A DNA stretch of 64,000 nucleotides, taken from positions 628,091 through 692,090 of the forward strand of contig CAVXXT010000008.1 in assembly GCA_963765815.1 (NCBI GenBank), in the 5' to 3' direction. The stretch is from an uncultured Actinomycetota bacterium. Its GTDB lineage: Bacteria; Actinomycetota; Actinomycetes; BP-191. The position numbers and the translations under genes are program-made. Positions 1-9,507 of the stretch are shown here, piece by piece. How positions within the stretch are numbered: the stretch's first letter is position 1; the number at the start of each line of letters is the position of its first letter. The notes beneath the pieces are model-generated. The model searched no databases. It was not told the DNA's origin and saw nothing but the letters and a program-made list of their open reading frames with translations.

Positions 1-203
1 GCCGGCGTCACGACGGTGACCTTCCACGTGCCGCTGGCGCCGAGCGAGCCCAGGACGGCCGCGGTGTAGGTGCACTTCACGACTCCGACGGGATCCGCAC
101 CCGGGCCGGGGTTCGAGGTGACGCAGCCTTCGACGGCGTGCGCGGGGGACGGCCCGGCGATCGCCAGGCCTCCGACGACGAGCGCGATCAGCAACCGGCG
201 CAC
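1..203 (-). CDS. Secreted hypothetical protein, truncated by the window edge
   Basis: Manual translation from GTG 203: MRRLLIALVVGGLAIAGPSPAHA|VEGCVTSNPG... with signal peptide and AHA cleavage motif; GGGAGG RBS upstream; not in the ORF track. Confidence 0.65.
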   Translation of the reverse strand, partial: MRRLLIALVVGGLAIAGPSPAHAVEGCVTSNPGPGADPVGVVKCTYTAAVLGSLGASGTWKVTVVTP

Positions 204-224
204 AGCAGCCTCCCTGGGATCCGG

Positions 225-494
225 CTAGTGCTGGTTCCCAGTGTTCGGCGTGGGTGCGGACGGCACCTCCTCAGGCCCACGGACCACGCGGGCCGCGCCG
301 GACCAGGTCTCGACCACGTCGCCCGCGACCAGCTGGCGGCCGCGCCGGGTCTCGGGCTCGCCGTTGACGGACACACCGCCGGACTCCAGCAGCGCCTTCG
401 CGTCGGTGCCGGTGCCGGCCAGGTCGGCCAGCTTGAGGAACTGGCCGAGGCGGATGACGTCGTCGCGGATCGCGATGTCGCGTGGTGCAGTCAT
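225..494 (-). CDS. S4-domain RNA-binding protein (YaaA-like), 89 aa
   Basis: C-terminal part of ORF 225..1394: IRLGQFLKLADLAGTGTDAKALLESGGVSVNGEPETRRGRQL; ATG at 494 overlaps the stop of the upstream gene. Confidence 0.9.
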   Translation of the reverse strand: MTAPRDIAIRDDVIRLGQFLKLADLAGTGTDAKALLESGGVSVNGEPETRRGRQLVAGDVVETWSGAARVVRGPEEVPSAPTPNTGNQH

Positions 495-1606
495 CTCCGG
501 CCCATCTCGAGAGCGCGTCGGTAGGCCGACATCGTCTGCTCGGCGCAGCGTGACCACGTGTGCTCGCGCGCCTGTGCGCGCCGGCCGTTCTCGGCGCCGA
601 ACCCGCCGCGGCCGCTGCGCACCACGTGCGCGAGAGCGGCGCCGAGCGCGTCGACGTCGCCAACCCGGACGTACGTCGCCCAGGTGCCGAGCACCTCGCG
701 CAGAGGCGGCAGGTCGCTGACCACCACGGGCGTGCCGCAGGCGAGTGCCTCCAGCGGGGTCAGGCCGAACCCTTCGTAGCGCGCCGGGTGCACCAGGGCG
801 GCGGCGCCGGCGACGACCTGGCGGAGCGCGCCGTCGTCGAGGAACCCGGGTACGACGACCGCGCCGGCCGGCAGGCCGGACGCGTCGAGCGCCGGCCCCC
901 AGCCGGCGGGGCCGACCAGGACGAGCGGCGGGAACGACGGGTCGTCCGCGAGCAGGGCGGCATAGGCGTCGAGCAGCACCGGCAGGTTCTTCCGCGGCTC
1001 CTGCGTGCCGACGAAGACGACGTACTGCTCGGGCAGCCCGAGCTCGACCCGAGTCGCGATGTCCGGCGGCTCGGCGTCGAACCACTCGTCGCCGACGCCG
1101 AGCGTCGTCACGACGATCCGGTCTCGATCGAGCGAGTAGTGGTCGGCGATCTCGTCGGCGAGCGCTCCGGTGATCGCGCAGACGACAGAGGCGCGGCGCA
1201 GCGACTGCGGCACCAGCGACCGGTAGCGCAGCGTCGTCTCCGACACGGTGTCGGCGTGCCGGACGAATGACAGGTCGGCGATCGTGACGACGCCGGCCGC
1301 CCGACGGGACGGCGGCAGCACGAAGTTGGTCGCGTGGAACACGTCCACCGGACCGCAGAGCCACTCGACCGGCGGCGACCCGAGCCGCTGCCACGACCGC
1401 TGCAGCAGCCGTGCGGGAGCGCGTCGCGCGGCGACCGTCGCGCCGGGCTCGTCGCGAAGCGGCTCGGCGCCGCGCCAGGTGAACGCCGTGAGGACGACCT
1501 CGGGGGGAGCGTCGAGCAAACGCAGGCCGGACAGCAGGCCGGCGACGTACCGCCCGATCCCGGTGCGCTGCCCGAGCAGCGGCGTGGCGTCGAGCCCGAC
1601 CTTCAT
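491..1606 (-). CDS. Glycosyltransferase family 4
   Basis: MKVGLDATPLL..TGIGRY N-terminus; GTQEPRKN and YEGFGLTPLEALACG GT4 motifs. Confidence 0.93.
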   Translation of the reverse strand: MKVGLDATPLLGQRTGIGRYVAGLLSGLRLLDAPPEVVLTAFTWRGAEPLRDEPGATVAARRAPARLLQRSWQRLGSPPVEWLCGPVDVFHATNFVLPPSRRAAGVVTIADLSFVRHADTVSETTLRYRSLVPQSLRRASVVCAITGALADEIADHYSLDRDRIVVTTLGVGDEWFDAEPPDIATRVELGLPEQYVVFVGTQEPRKNLPVLLDAYAALLADDPSFPPLVLVGPAGWGPALDASGLPAGAVVVPGFLDDGALRQVVAGAAALVHPARYEGFGLTPLEALACGTPVVVSDLPPLREVLGTWATYVRVGDVDALGAALAHVVRSGRGGFGAENGRRAQAREHTWSRCAEQTMSAYRRALEMGRR

Positions 1607-1612
1607 GGCCCG

Positions 1613-1619
1613 TAGACTA
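1613..1619. promoter_or_regulatory. Overlapping divergent -10 hexamers (TAGACT on +, TAGTCT on -)
   Basis: TAGACTA reads as TANNNT on both strands; 7 nt from ATG 1606 on - (leaderless geometry) and upstream of wzm on +. Confidence 0.5.
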
Positions 1620-1651
1620 CGGGCCACCTCGACCCCGGAGAGCGCGCCCCT

Positions 1652-2479
1652 GTGACCACTCTGACCGAGCTCTCCGCGTCACGGGAGCTGCTGGCCAACC
1701 TCGTCTCACGTGAGCTGCGCGGCAAGTACAAGCGCTCGACGCTGGGGTGGGCGTGGTCGCTCATCAACCCGCTCGCGCTGGCCGGCATGTTCACGATCGT
1801 GTTCAGCGTCATCCTCGGCGCCGACGCGCCCAAGGGCGACCCGAGCGGCCTGAAGTTCTTCCCGCTGCACCTGCTGTGCGCGCTGCTGCCATGGACCTTC
1901 CTGTCCAACGGGATGACCGGGTCGATCGCGTCGCTCACCAGCAACGCCAACCTGGTGAAGAAGGTCTACTTCCCGCGCGAGGTTCTCGTCGGCTCGTCGG
2001 TCCTGTCGTTCCTGGTGACCCTCGTCATCGAGCTGAGCGTGCTCTCGGTCTGGCTGCTCTTCGCCGGGAACAACGTGCTGCCGTATCTCCCGGTCGTCGT
2101 GCTGCTCATGCTGTTGCAGACGGCGTTCGTCGTCGGGGTGGGGCTCACCCTCTCCGTGCTCAACGTCTACTTCCGCGACATCCAGCACTTCCTCACGATC
2201 TTCCTGCAGCTGTGGTTCTACGCGTCGCCGGTGATCTACCCGCTGAAGCTGGTCGAGGACAAGGCGGCGGGCCGCGACCTCCTGGGCGTCTCGGTGATGA
2301 CGCTCTACAAGGCCAACCCGATGGTCGGCTTCATCAACAGCTACCGCGCGCTGCTGTACGACCTCCGACTGCCGGCCGCGACGGACCTGGCGTGGATCAC
2401 CGTCGTGTCCGTCGGAGCGCTGCTGGTCGGCTGGCGGGTCTTCCGGAAGTTCGAGCCGCGGCTGGCGGAGGAGCTCTAG
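1652..2479 (+). CDS. wzm: Polysaccharide ABC exporter permease
   Basis: ELRGKYKRSTLGWAWSLINP, LVKKVYFPRE, YFRDIQH, WFYASPVIYP, NPM motifs; about 6 TM segments. Confidence 0.93.
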   Translation: MTTLTELSASRELLANLVSRELRGKYKRSTLGWAWSLINPLALAGMFTIVFSVILGADAPKGDPSGLKFFPLHLLCALLPWTFLSNGMTGSIASLTSNANLVKKVYFPREVLVGSSVLSFLVTLVIELSVLSVWLLFAGNNVLPYLPVVVLLMLLQTAFVVGVGLTLSVLNVYFRDIQHFLTIFLQLWFYASPVIYPLKLVEDKAAGRDLLGVSVMTLYKANPMVGFINSYRALLYDLRLPAATDLAWITVVSVGALLVGWRVFRKFEPRLAEEL

Positions 2480-3693
2480 TGACTGACGTCGCGGTCCGCG
2501 TGGAGGGGGTGCACAAGCGCTTCCGCTTGTACGCCGAGCGCAACCAGTCCCTGAAGGCCGCGATGATGCGCGGCGGCCGCGCGAAGTACGAGGAGTTCTG
2601 GGCGCTGCGCGACGTCGACCTGGAGATCCCGACCGGGTCGACGTTCGCGCTGATCGGCGAGAACGGGTCAGGCAAGTCGACGCTGCTCAAGTGCATGGCG
2701 CGGATCCTGCGGCCCGACCGTGGTCGCATCACGGTGGCCGGCAAGGTGTCGGCGCTGCTCGAGCTCGGCGCCGGCTTCCACCCCGAGCTGTCCGGTCGGG
2801 AGAACGTCTACCTCAACGCGTCGATCCTCGGCCTGTCCAAGAAGCAGGTCGACGCGCGCTTCGACGACATCGTCGGCTTCGCCGGGCTCGACCACTTCAT
2901 CGACTCGCCGGTGAAGAACTACTCCTCCGGCATGTACGTCCGGCTCGGCTTCTCCGTCGCCATCAACGTCGACCCCGACGTGCTGCTCGTCGACGAGGTG
3001 CTCGCGGTCGGCGACGAGACGTTCCAGCGGCGCTGCAACGAGAAGTTCGCCGAGCTCAAGGACCAGGGCCGCACGATCGTCGTGGTGAGCCACGCGCTGG
3101 GTGTCGTGCGGACGATGTGCGACTCTGCCGCCTGGCTCGAGCACGGCGTCGTCAAGGACCTCGGCGCGCCGGCCAAGCTGATCGACGAGTACATCGAGGT
3201 CACCCACCCGGAGCGGGTCGACGTCGTGGACGAGAAGACGGGCGAGGACGCCGGCACCCGGTGGGGCAGCGGCGAGGTGCAGATCGAGCGCGTCGAGATG
3301 CTCGACAAGCGCGGCCGTCGTACCCGGCAGGTGCGGATGGGTGACCCGGCGACCTGGCGGCTGCACTACCGCGCCGACGAGAAGGTGTCGAAGGCGGTGT
3401 TCGGGCTCGGGCTGCATCGGCTCGACGGGGTGCACGTGAGCGGCATCAACTCGCGCGAGTCGATCAAGCTGCCGTCGATCAAGGGCACCGGGCACGTCGA
3501 CTTCACCACCGATCGGCTGCCGCTGCTGCCCGGCACCTACGACGTCACCGCGGCGGTCCACTCGTGGGACAACCTGCAGACGTGGGACCACCGCAACAAG
3601 GCGTTCCGGTTCGACGTCGAGCCTGGCCGGCCGCGTGAGGCCGAAGGCGTCGTGATCCTGCACGGCGAGTGGACGGCGGCCCCGGACACGTGA
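2479..3693 (+). CDS. wzt: Polysaccharide ABC exporter ATPase with C-terminal Wzt_C carbohydrate-binding domain
   Basis: GENGSGKST Walker A, YSSGM signature, LLVDEVLAVGD Walker B; extension starting RWGSGEVQIERVE; GTG overlaps the wzm stop. Confidence 0.93.
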   Translation: MTDVAVRVEGVHKRFRLYAERNQSLKAAMMRGGRAKYEEFWALRDVDLEIPTGSTFALIGENGSGKSTLLKCMARILRPDRGRITVAGKVSALLELGAGFHPELSGRENVYLNASILGLSKKQVDARFDDIVGFAGLDHFIDSPVKNYSSGMYVRLGFSVAINVDPDVLLVDEVLAVGDETFQRRCNEKFAELKDQGRTIVVVSHALGVVRTMCDSAAWLEHGVVKDLGAPAKLIDEYIEVTHPERVDVVDEKTGEDAGTRWGSGEVQIERVEMLDKRGRRTRQVRMGDPATWRLHYRADEKVSKAVFGLGLHRLDGVHVSGINSRESIKLPSIKGTGHVDFTTDRLPLLPGTYDVTAAVHSWDNLQTWDHRNKAFRFDVEPGRPREAEGVVILHGEWTAAPDT

Positions 3694-4562
3694 GCCGGCC
3701 GCCGTCGTCGGTCCGCATCGCCGTGGTGCTCTTCCGGCCCGACGAGGCCGGGTTGTCCCGGCTGCTCGAGTCGGTCGAGGTCGGCGTACGTCGGGCGCGC
3801 GACGCCGGCATCGTCGGCGATGTGTCCGTCCACCTCGGCGACTGCACGCCGGAGAGGCCGGTCCGCCCGGCTGCCCTGCCGGCCGGCAGCGTGTGGCACG
3901 AGTTCGGCGAGAACCTCTGGCACAGCGGAGGAGTGAACCGGCTGCTCGCCGACCTCGAGGAGGACGTCGCGGTCCTGCTCAACCCGGACCTGCTGGTGCT
4001 GCCGGACGCGATCGGGCTGCTCGTGCAGGCCGTCGCGGGCGACGACCGGGTCGCGGTCGCGGATGCCCGGCAGCTGCCGTTCGAGCACCCGAAGCCGTTC
4101 GACCCGGCGACCGGCGACGCCCCGTGGGCGTCGATGGCCGCGTGCGCGATCCGTCGCGACGCATGGGAGGACATCGGGCCGCTCGACGCCGACTGGTTCC
4201 CCATGCACGGCAACGACGTCGACTTCTCCTGGCGGGCGCGGCTCGCGGGCCGTCGAGTGGTGCACGTGCCGGGTGCCCGGGTCTTCCACGACAAGCGGCT
4301 CAGCGCGGCAGGCGCGGTCGCGCCGAGCGAGGTGGAGGAGGAGCACGGCGCCCGCGCGGCACTGCTGCTCGCCGTGAAGTACTCCCGCCCCGATGTGGCC
4401 GAGCGCCACTTCGCGACGCTCGAGGCCGGCACGACGGCGCAGCGCCGCGGTGCCGAGTCCGTGCGGGCGCTGCTCGCGCACTCCCCGCTGCCGCCGCTGC
4501 TCGACAGCGACCACCGCGTGGCCGAGTTCGTCGCCGGCGACTTCGCCGCTCACCGCTTCTGA
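3690..4562 (+). CDS. Glycosyltransferase family 2 (GT-A)
   Basis: VLLNPD, MHGNDVDFSWRARLAG, VFHDK motifs; start coupled to the wzt stop. Confidence 0.8.
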   Translation: MSRPPSSVRIAVVLFRPDEAGLSRLLESVEVGVRRARDAGIVGDVSVHLGDCTPERPVRPAALPAGSVWHEFGENLWHSGGVNRLLADLEEDVAVLLNPDLLVLPDAIGLLVQAVAGDDRVAVADARQLPFEHPKPFDPATGDAPWASMAACAIRRDAWEDIGPLDADWFPMHGNDVDFSWRARLAGRRVVHVPGARVFHDKRLSAAGAVAPSEVEEEHGARAALLLAVKYSRPDVAERHFATLEAGTTAQRRGAESVRALLAHSPLPPLLDSDHRVAEFVAGDFAAHRF

Positions 4563-4587
4563 CTCCCGACTGACTGACCTTCTCCCT

Positions 4588-4639
4588 AACCGTGTCCGGA
4601 TCTGTGACACCTTTGTGCTCAGGGGTGCCCACAGTTCGC
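4588..4639. repeat. Dispersed intergenic repeat A, copy 1
   Basis: AACCGTGTCCGGATCTGTGACACCTTTGTGCTCAGGGGTGCCCACAGTTCGC; 47/52 identical to 34614-34665. Confidence 0.9.
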
Positions 4640-4670
4640 CGCGTTGCGGCCTTCTGAGAGGGTGTGCGGC

Positions 4671-5801
4671 GTGAGCGACGACCTGCTGGCGCGGAGCGCC
4701 TTCGCGCCCGACGGCCCCCTGCACCGCCTGCAGACCCGGCTGCGGGACCGCGCTGCCGCGCAGATCGCGCCGACCGTGCCGGCCGAGGTCGACCGGCCGT
4801 TCCTGTCGGTCCTCACGCGCACGCAGGGCCGGCGGCCGGAGACGTTGCGCGAGCTGCTCCTGTGCCTCGCGGCGCAGACCTGCGACGACGTCGAGGTGCT
4901 GGTGCTCTGCCATGACGTGCCCGCCGAGCGCGAGCCGGCGCTGAACGCCGTGCTGGCCGAGCTCCCCGAGCGTCTGGCCACCCGGGTGCGGCGGATCGAC
5001 GTGTCGGGCGGCGGGCGCAGCCGTCCGCTGAACGTCGGGGTCGACGAGTCGCGCGGCCGCTACGTCGTCGCGGTCGACGACGACGACCTCGTGCTCGCCC
5101 ACTGGGTCGAGGAGTTCCGACGGCTGGCCGACGGTGCGCCTGGCACCGTGCTCCGCGCGGTGATCGCCGAGCAGGACGTGGTGGAGACGCCGGACGTCGC
5201 GCCGGGGCACACGGCGGTCTCGACCACGCGGACGCCGTACCCCGATCGGTTCGACATCCTCGGGCACCTCGTGTCCAACCTCACGCCCAACCTCGGCGTC
5301 GCCTTCCCGCGCGAGGTCTTCGACTCCCTGGGTCTGCGGTACGACGAGACCCTCCCGGTCTTCGAGGACTGGGACCTGCTGGTCGAGGCCGCGCTGCTGT
5401 GCGGCGTCACGTCGACGCCCGAGGTCACCGGCGTCTACCGGCGTTGGCAGGACCAGGGCAGCTCGCTGATCGAGACCGGCGAGGAGGCGTGGCGAGAGAC
5501 CGAGCGTGAGCTCGCTGCGCGGATCGACGCGCGCGAGCTGCTGCTGCCGTCGGGCACCTTCAGCGCGCTGCGCTGGTACAAGGCCGAGCAGCTCGAGTAC
5601 GCCGCCGAGCACGAGCGCATCTCCGCCGCGCGAGATGCCGCCGAGGCCGAGCTGTCGAGAGTGACGGCGCTCCTCGCTGACACGCAGCGGCAGATGGCGG
5701 AGGTCATCCGCTCCTACGAGGAGTCGTCGAGCTGGAAGCTGACCGCTCCGGTACGACGGCTCACCGACACGTCTCGGCGGCTGCGCGGCGGTTCTCCGTG
5801 A
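4671..5801 (+). CDS. GT2 glycosyltransferase with C-terminal coiled coil and SSSWKLTAPVR helix
   Basis: LSVLTRT, RSRPLNVG, YVVAVDDDD, FEDWDLL motifs; heptad-like tail at about 5580-5720. Confidence 0.85.
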   Translation: MSDDLLARSAFAPDGPLHRLQTRLRDRAAAQIAPTVPAEVDRPFLSVLTRTQGRRPETLRELLLCLAAQTCDDVEVLVLCHDVPAEREPALNAVLAELPERLATRVRRIDVSGGGRSRPLNVGVDESRGRYVVAVDDDDLVLAHWVEEFRRLADGAPGTVLRAVIAEQDVVETPDVAPGHTAVSTTRTPYPDRFDILGHLVSNLTPNLGVAFPREVFDSLGLRYDETLPVFEDWDLLVEAALLCGVTSTPEVTGVYRRWQDQGSSLIETGEEAWRETERELAARIDARELLLPSGTFSALRWYKAEQLEYAAEHERISAARDAAEAELSRVTALLADTQRQMAEVIRSYEESSSWKLTAPVRRLTDTSRRLRGGSP

Positions 5802-7186
5802 CGGACCCGCGTCGGCGCCGGATCCTCGTCGCGACGAAGGACGTCATCGCCCCGCGGATGGCCGGCCCGGCCATTCGGGCCTGGCAGATCGCGGTGGCGC
5901 TCTCGGCCGAGCACGACGTCGAGCTCGTGACCACCGCCGCTTGCGACGCACGCGACGACCGCTTCGTCGTCCGATCCGTTACCGAGGCCGACCTGGTCGA
6001 GCTCGAGCGCTGGTGCGATGTCGTCGTCTTCCAGGGCAACGTGCTGCACGAGAGCCCTGCGCTCTCCGCCACCGAGAAGGTCGTGGTCGCCGACGTCTAC
6101 GACCCGGTCCACCTCGAGCAGCTCGAGCAAGCGCGCGACGGCGGCGAGGAGTCGCGCAGGCACATCGTCTCGGCGACCACCGCGATCCTCAACCGCGCGC
6201 TGCTGCGCGCCGACTTCCTGCTCTGCGCCAGTGAGAAGCAGCGTGACTTCTGGCTCGGCCAGCTGGCCGGCCTCGGTCGGGTGAACACCGCGACGTACGA
6301 CGCGGATCCCACCCTGCGGGCGCTCATCGACGTCGCGCCGTTCGGCGTCGAGGAGCAGCCGCCGGCGTCGACGAGCCGCGCGCTCAAGGGCGTCGTACCC
6401 GGCATCGGCGTCGACGACGTGGTGCTGCTCTGGGGCGGCGGCGTCTACAACTGGTTCGACCCGCTGACGCTGATCCGCGCCGTCGCCGAAGTGCATCGCG
6501 CTGAGCCTCGGACGCGCCTCTACTTCCTCGGGATGTCGCACCCCAACCCGGACGTCCCACGGATGCGGATGGCTGCGGACGCGGTCGCGCTGTCCGACCG
6601 GCTCGGACTCACCGACCGGGTCGTCTTCTTCAACACCGGCTGGGTGCCCTACGAGAGCCGCGCCGACTACCTGCTCGACGCGGACATCGGTGTGAGCACG
6701 CACCTCGACCACGTCGAGACGGCGTTCTCCTTCCGCACCCGGATCCTCGACTACCTGTGGGCCGGGCTGCCGGTCGTCACGACCGCCGGGGACTCGCTCG
6801 CTGACGTCGTTGTCGCGTCCGGCGCGGGCGTCACGGTTCCGCCCGGCGACGTCGAGGCGCTGGTCCAGACGCTCACCGACCTGGTGCGCGACCGCGCCGA
6901 GCTCGCCCGGCTGGGCGCCGCGGCCCGCGCCGCAGCCGAGCGGTACCGGTGGGCCGACGTCCTCGCCCCGCTGGTCGCGTTCTGTCGCGATCCGCACCGC
7001 GCCCCGGACCTGGTCGACCGGCAGCTCGCGGCCGGGCTCGCACCCGACCGGATCCCGGTGCCGGCGAACTCGACGTCGATGCGGGGCGACGTCGCGCTGG
7101 CGGCGGCGTACCTGCGCCAGGGCGGGCCAGGGCTGCTCGCGCGGCGGATCGGCACCAGGGTCACCCGGTTGATCCGCCGCACGTGA
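5798..7186 (+). CDS. Glycosyltransferase family 4
   Basis: MAGPAIRAW, LLWGGGVYNWFDP, ETAFSFRTRILDYLWAGLPVV motifs. Confidence 0.88.
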   Translation: MTDPRRRRILVATKDVIAPRMAGPAIRAWQIAVALSAEHDVELVTTAACDARDDRFVVRSVTEADLVELERWCDVVVFQGNVLHESPALSATEKVVVADVYDPVHLEQLEQARDGGEESRRHIVSATTAILNRALLRADFLLCASEKQRDFWLGQLAGLGRVNTATYDADPTLRALIDVAPFGVEEQPPASTSRALKGVVPGIGVDDVVLLWGGGVYNWFDPLTLIRAVAEVHRAEPRTRLYFLGMSHPNPDVPRMRMAADAVALSDRLGLTDRVVFFNTGWVPYESRADYLLDADIGVSTHLDHVETAFSFRTRILDYLWAGLPVVTTAGDSLADVVVASGAGVTVPPGDVEALVQTLTDLVRDRAELARLGAAARAAAERYRWADVLAPLVAFCRDPHRAPDLVDRQLAAGLAPDRIPVPANSTSMRGDVALAAAYLRQGGPGLLARRIGTRVTRLIRRT

Positions 7187-7212
7187 CCTCACGGCTGCGG
7201 CACACTGACGCC

Positions 7213-8439
7213 GTGGCACCCCTCGACGCCCCGATGCCGCCGGACGAGGACGCCCGGCTCGCTGCCCTGCGCCGCTACGAGGTGCTCGACTCCGCGGCCG
7301 AGGCGGCGTACGACGACCTCGCGATGCTGGCCGCGACGATCTGCGAGGCGCCGATCGCCCTGATCAGCCTGGTCGACGAGAGCCGACAGTGGTTCAAGTC
7401 CCGGATCGGCCTGGACGTGCAGGAGACCTCCCGTCGCGAGTCGTTCTGTGCGCACACGCTCACCGACGGCAAGCTGCTGGAGGTCGAGGACGCTCGACTC
7501 GACCCGAGGTTCGCCGACAACGCGCTCGTCCTCGGCGACCCCGGCATCGTGTCCTACACCGGGTCACCGCTGGTGACGCCGGACGGCTTCGCGCTCGGCA
7601 CGCTCTGCGTGATCGGACACGAGCCCAAGCGGCTGACCCAGCTGCAGAAGGACGCACTCGAGGCGCTGAGCCGCCAGGTCGTGCGGTTGATCGAGCAGCG
7701 CCGTGTGGTGACGGCGCTCGTCGACGTCACCCGGGCGCTCGACGAGTTCTCCGCGCGAACCGCCCACGACCTGAAGAACCCGGTCGCCGCGATCCGCGGG
7801 TACGCCGACATCCTGCGCCGCCGCAACCACGACCTGGACGAGTCGACCCGTCAGGAGATCCTCGAACGGCTGGTCTCCCTGGCCGGACGCACGACCGTGA
7901 TGATCGATAACGTGCTGCTTCAGGCACGGTCGGGGATGTCGGGAGTGGCGCCCTACTGCAACTCCGGTGCCGTCGTCGCGCAGTCGTTGGCGACCGCGGA
8001 CCTGGCCAACGCCGAGGTCGTCGTCGACCCGCCGGAAGAGGAGTGGCCGGACCTCGCCGCGTCGGTCGTCGACGTGCACTCCATCCTCGGCAACCTCATC
8101 GCGAATGCCGACCACTACGGCCGCAGTCGGGACGGGCGGCTGCGCCTGCGGCTCTCCGCCGACTCGTCCGGCAGCCAGGCTGTGTTCACGGTCGAGGATT
8201 CGGGCGCCGGGGTGGACGCGACGATCCGCGACGAGGTGTTCGAGCCCTTCGTCAACGGCCCGACGGCGACCGTCATCAACCCTCAGTCGTCCGGGCTGGG
8301 CCTGGCGCTGGTGCGCCGGGTCGCTCAGCTGGCGGGCGGGGACGTGATGCTCGACGACACCCCGGTAGGAGCCCGGTTCGTCGTCCGCCTCCCGCTCGCC
8401 GAGCCCGAGCACCAGCCCGAGACGTCCGAGCAGCCCTAG
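7213..8439 (+). CDS. GAF-domain sensor histidine kinase
   Basis: EDARLAALRRYEVLD and RQWFKSRIG GAF motifs; H-box AHDLKNP, N-box GNLIANA, DSGAGV, GLGLAL; start could also be ATG 7234. Confidence 0.9.
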   Translation: MAPLDAPMPPDEDARLAALRRYEVLDSAAEAAYDDLAMLAATICEAPIALISLVDESRQWFKSRIGLDVQETSRRESFCAHTLTDGKLLEVEDARLDPRFADNALVLGDPGIVSYTGSPLVTPDGFALGTLCVIGHEPKRLTQLQKDALEALSRQVVRLIEQRRVVTALVDVTRALDEFSARTAHDLKNPVAAIRGYADILRRRNHDLDESTRQEILERLVSLAGRTTVMIDNVLLQARSGMSGVAPYCNSGAVVAQSLATADLANAEVVVDPPEEEWPDLAASVVDVHSILGNLIANADHYGRSRDGRLRLRLSADSSGSQAVFTVEDSGAGVDATIRDEVFEPFVNGPTATVINPQSSGLGLALVRRVAQLAGGDVMLDDTPVGARFVVRLPLAEPEHQPETSEQP

Positions 8440-8451
8440 CCCGACGAAGCG

Positions 8452-8511
8452 GGGAGCGTTTCAGTCACCGAAACCCGGTCTGGACTCGGTTCCAGTGACG
8501 GAAACGCTCCC
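8452..8511. terminator. 60-nt hairpin between convergent genes (bidirectional terminator or REP-like)
   Basis: GGGAGCGTTTC (8452-8462) / GAAACGCTCCC (8501-8511) perfect 11-bp stem extended by imperfect GTCACCGAAACC / GGTTCCAGTGAC. Confidence 0.6.
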
Positions 8512-9507
8512 GGGTCGGGGACCGGAGATCGAGGGGACGAGCCACTTCTCGAGGTCGCGGCGGGAAACGGTTGCCCGTGCGGCGATGGCGCGGCGCTTCT
8601 GGATCGTGGCCGGGAGCAGGCGCAGGTGTGACGCCATCGCCGTGCCGCGACGGCGCAGGATCCGTACGACGTCGGCGTACCGGTGCTCGCGCATCGCCTG
8701 CCGGACCAGTGACGCCGACGTGAGCGGGTAGCGGCCGACCTCGCTGAGCCAGCGTCTCGTCGAGGCGTTCTTGCCCAGGCAGATCAGCCGGTTGCGCAGG
8801 TCGTGGAACTGGAACAGCTCCGAGCCCGCCCCGGTCGTCGCCGAGTGCGCGTGGTGGACGACGGCACGCGGCTCGTAGCGGATCGACCAGCCGCGACTGC
8901 GCAGCCGCCAGCAGAGGTCGACGTCCTCGTAGTAGAGGAAGAAGTCGTCGTCGAAGTGCCCGACGTCGTCGAGGGCTGAGGTGCGCAGCGCGAGTGCCGT
9001 GCCGCTTGCCGTGAAGACCTCAGCGGGCCGGTCGTACTGGCCGGTGTCCGGCTCGAGGTAGCCGCGGTCCGCGCCGTAGCCGCGGGCGTCGACGAGACCG
9101 CCGGCGCTGTTGATCGTGGCGCCGTCGGCCAGCAGCACCTTGCCCGTCACCGCGGCGACTCGCTCGTTCCCGGGAGCCGCGAGGACGTCGACCAGGGCGT
9201 CGAGCCAGCCGGGCTGCACGACCGCGTCGTTGTTGAGCAGCACGACGTACGGCGTGCGCACCTCGCGCAGTGCGAGGTTGTTGCCGCCGGCGAAGCCGCG
9301 GTTGCGGTCGCTCGAGATCACCCGCAGCTCGCGGTAGCGGTCGGCCAGCAGCGCGGCAGTGCCGTCGCGCGAGGCGTTGTCGACGACCCAGGTCTCCCAC
9401 CGACGGCGTGACTTCTGCGCGGAGACAGCGTCGAGGCAGGACGGCAGCAGTGCTGCGCCGTTGTACGTGACGATGACGACGGTGACGTCGGGAGCGCCGC
9501 TCTTCAT
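8461..9507 (-). CDS. GT2 glycosyltransferase (rhamnosyl/galactofuranosyl-transferase-like)
   Basis: VTVVIVTYNG, VVDNASRDGT, NRGFAGGNN, LLNND, FFLYYEDVDLCWR motifs. Confidence 0.92.
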   Translation of the reverse strand: MKSGAPDVTVVIVTYNGAALLPSCLDAVSAQKSRRRWETWVVDNASRDGTAALLADRYRELRVISSDRNRGFAGGNNLALREVRTPYVVLLNNDAVVQPGWLDALVDVLAAPGNERVAAVTGKVLLADGATINSAGGLVDARGYGADRGYLEPDTGQYDRPAEVFTASGTALALRTSALDDVGHFDDDFFLYYEDVDLCWRLRSRGWSIRYEPRAVVHHAHSATTGAGSELFQFHDLRNRLICLGKNASTRRWLSEVGRYPLTSASLVRQAMREHRYADVVRILRRRGTAMASHLRLLPATIQKRRAIAARATVSRRDLEKWLVPSISGPRPGSVSVTGTESRPGFGD

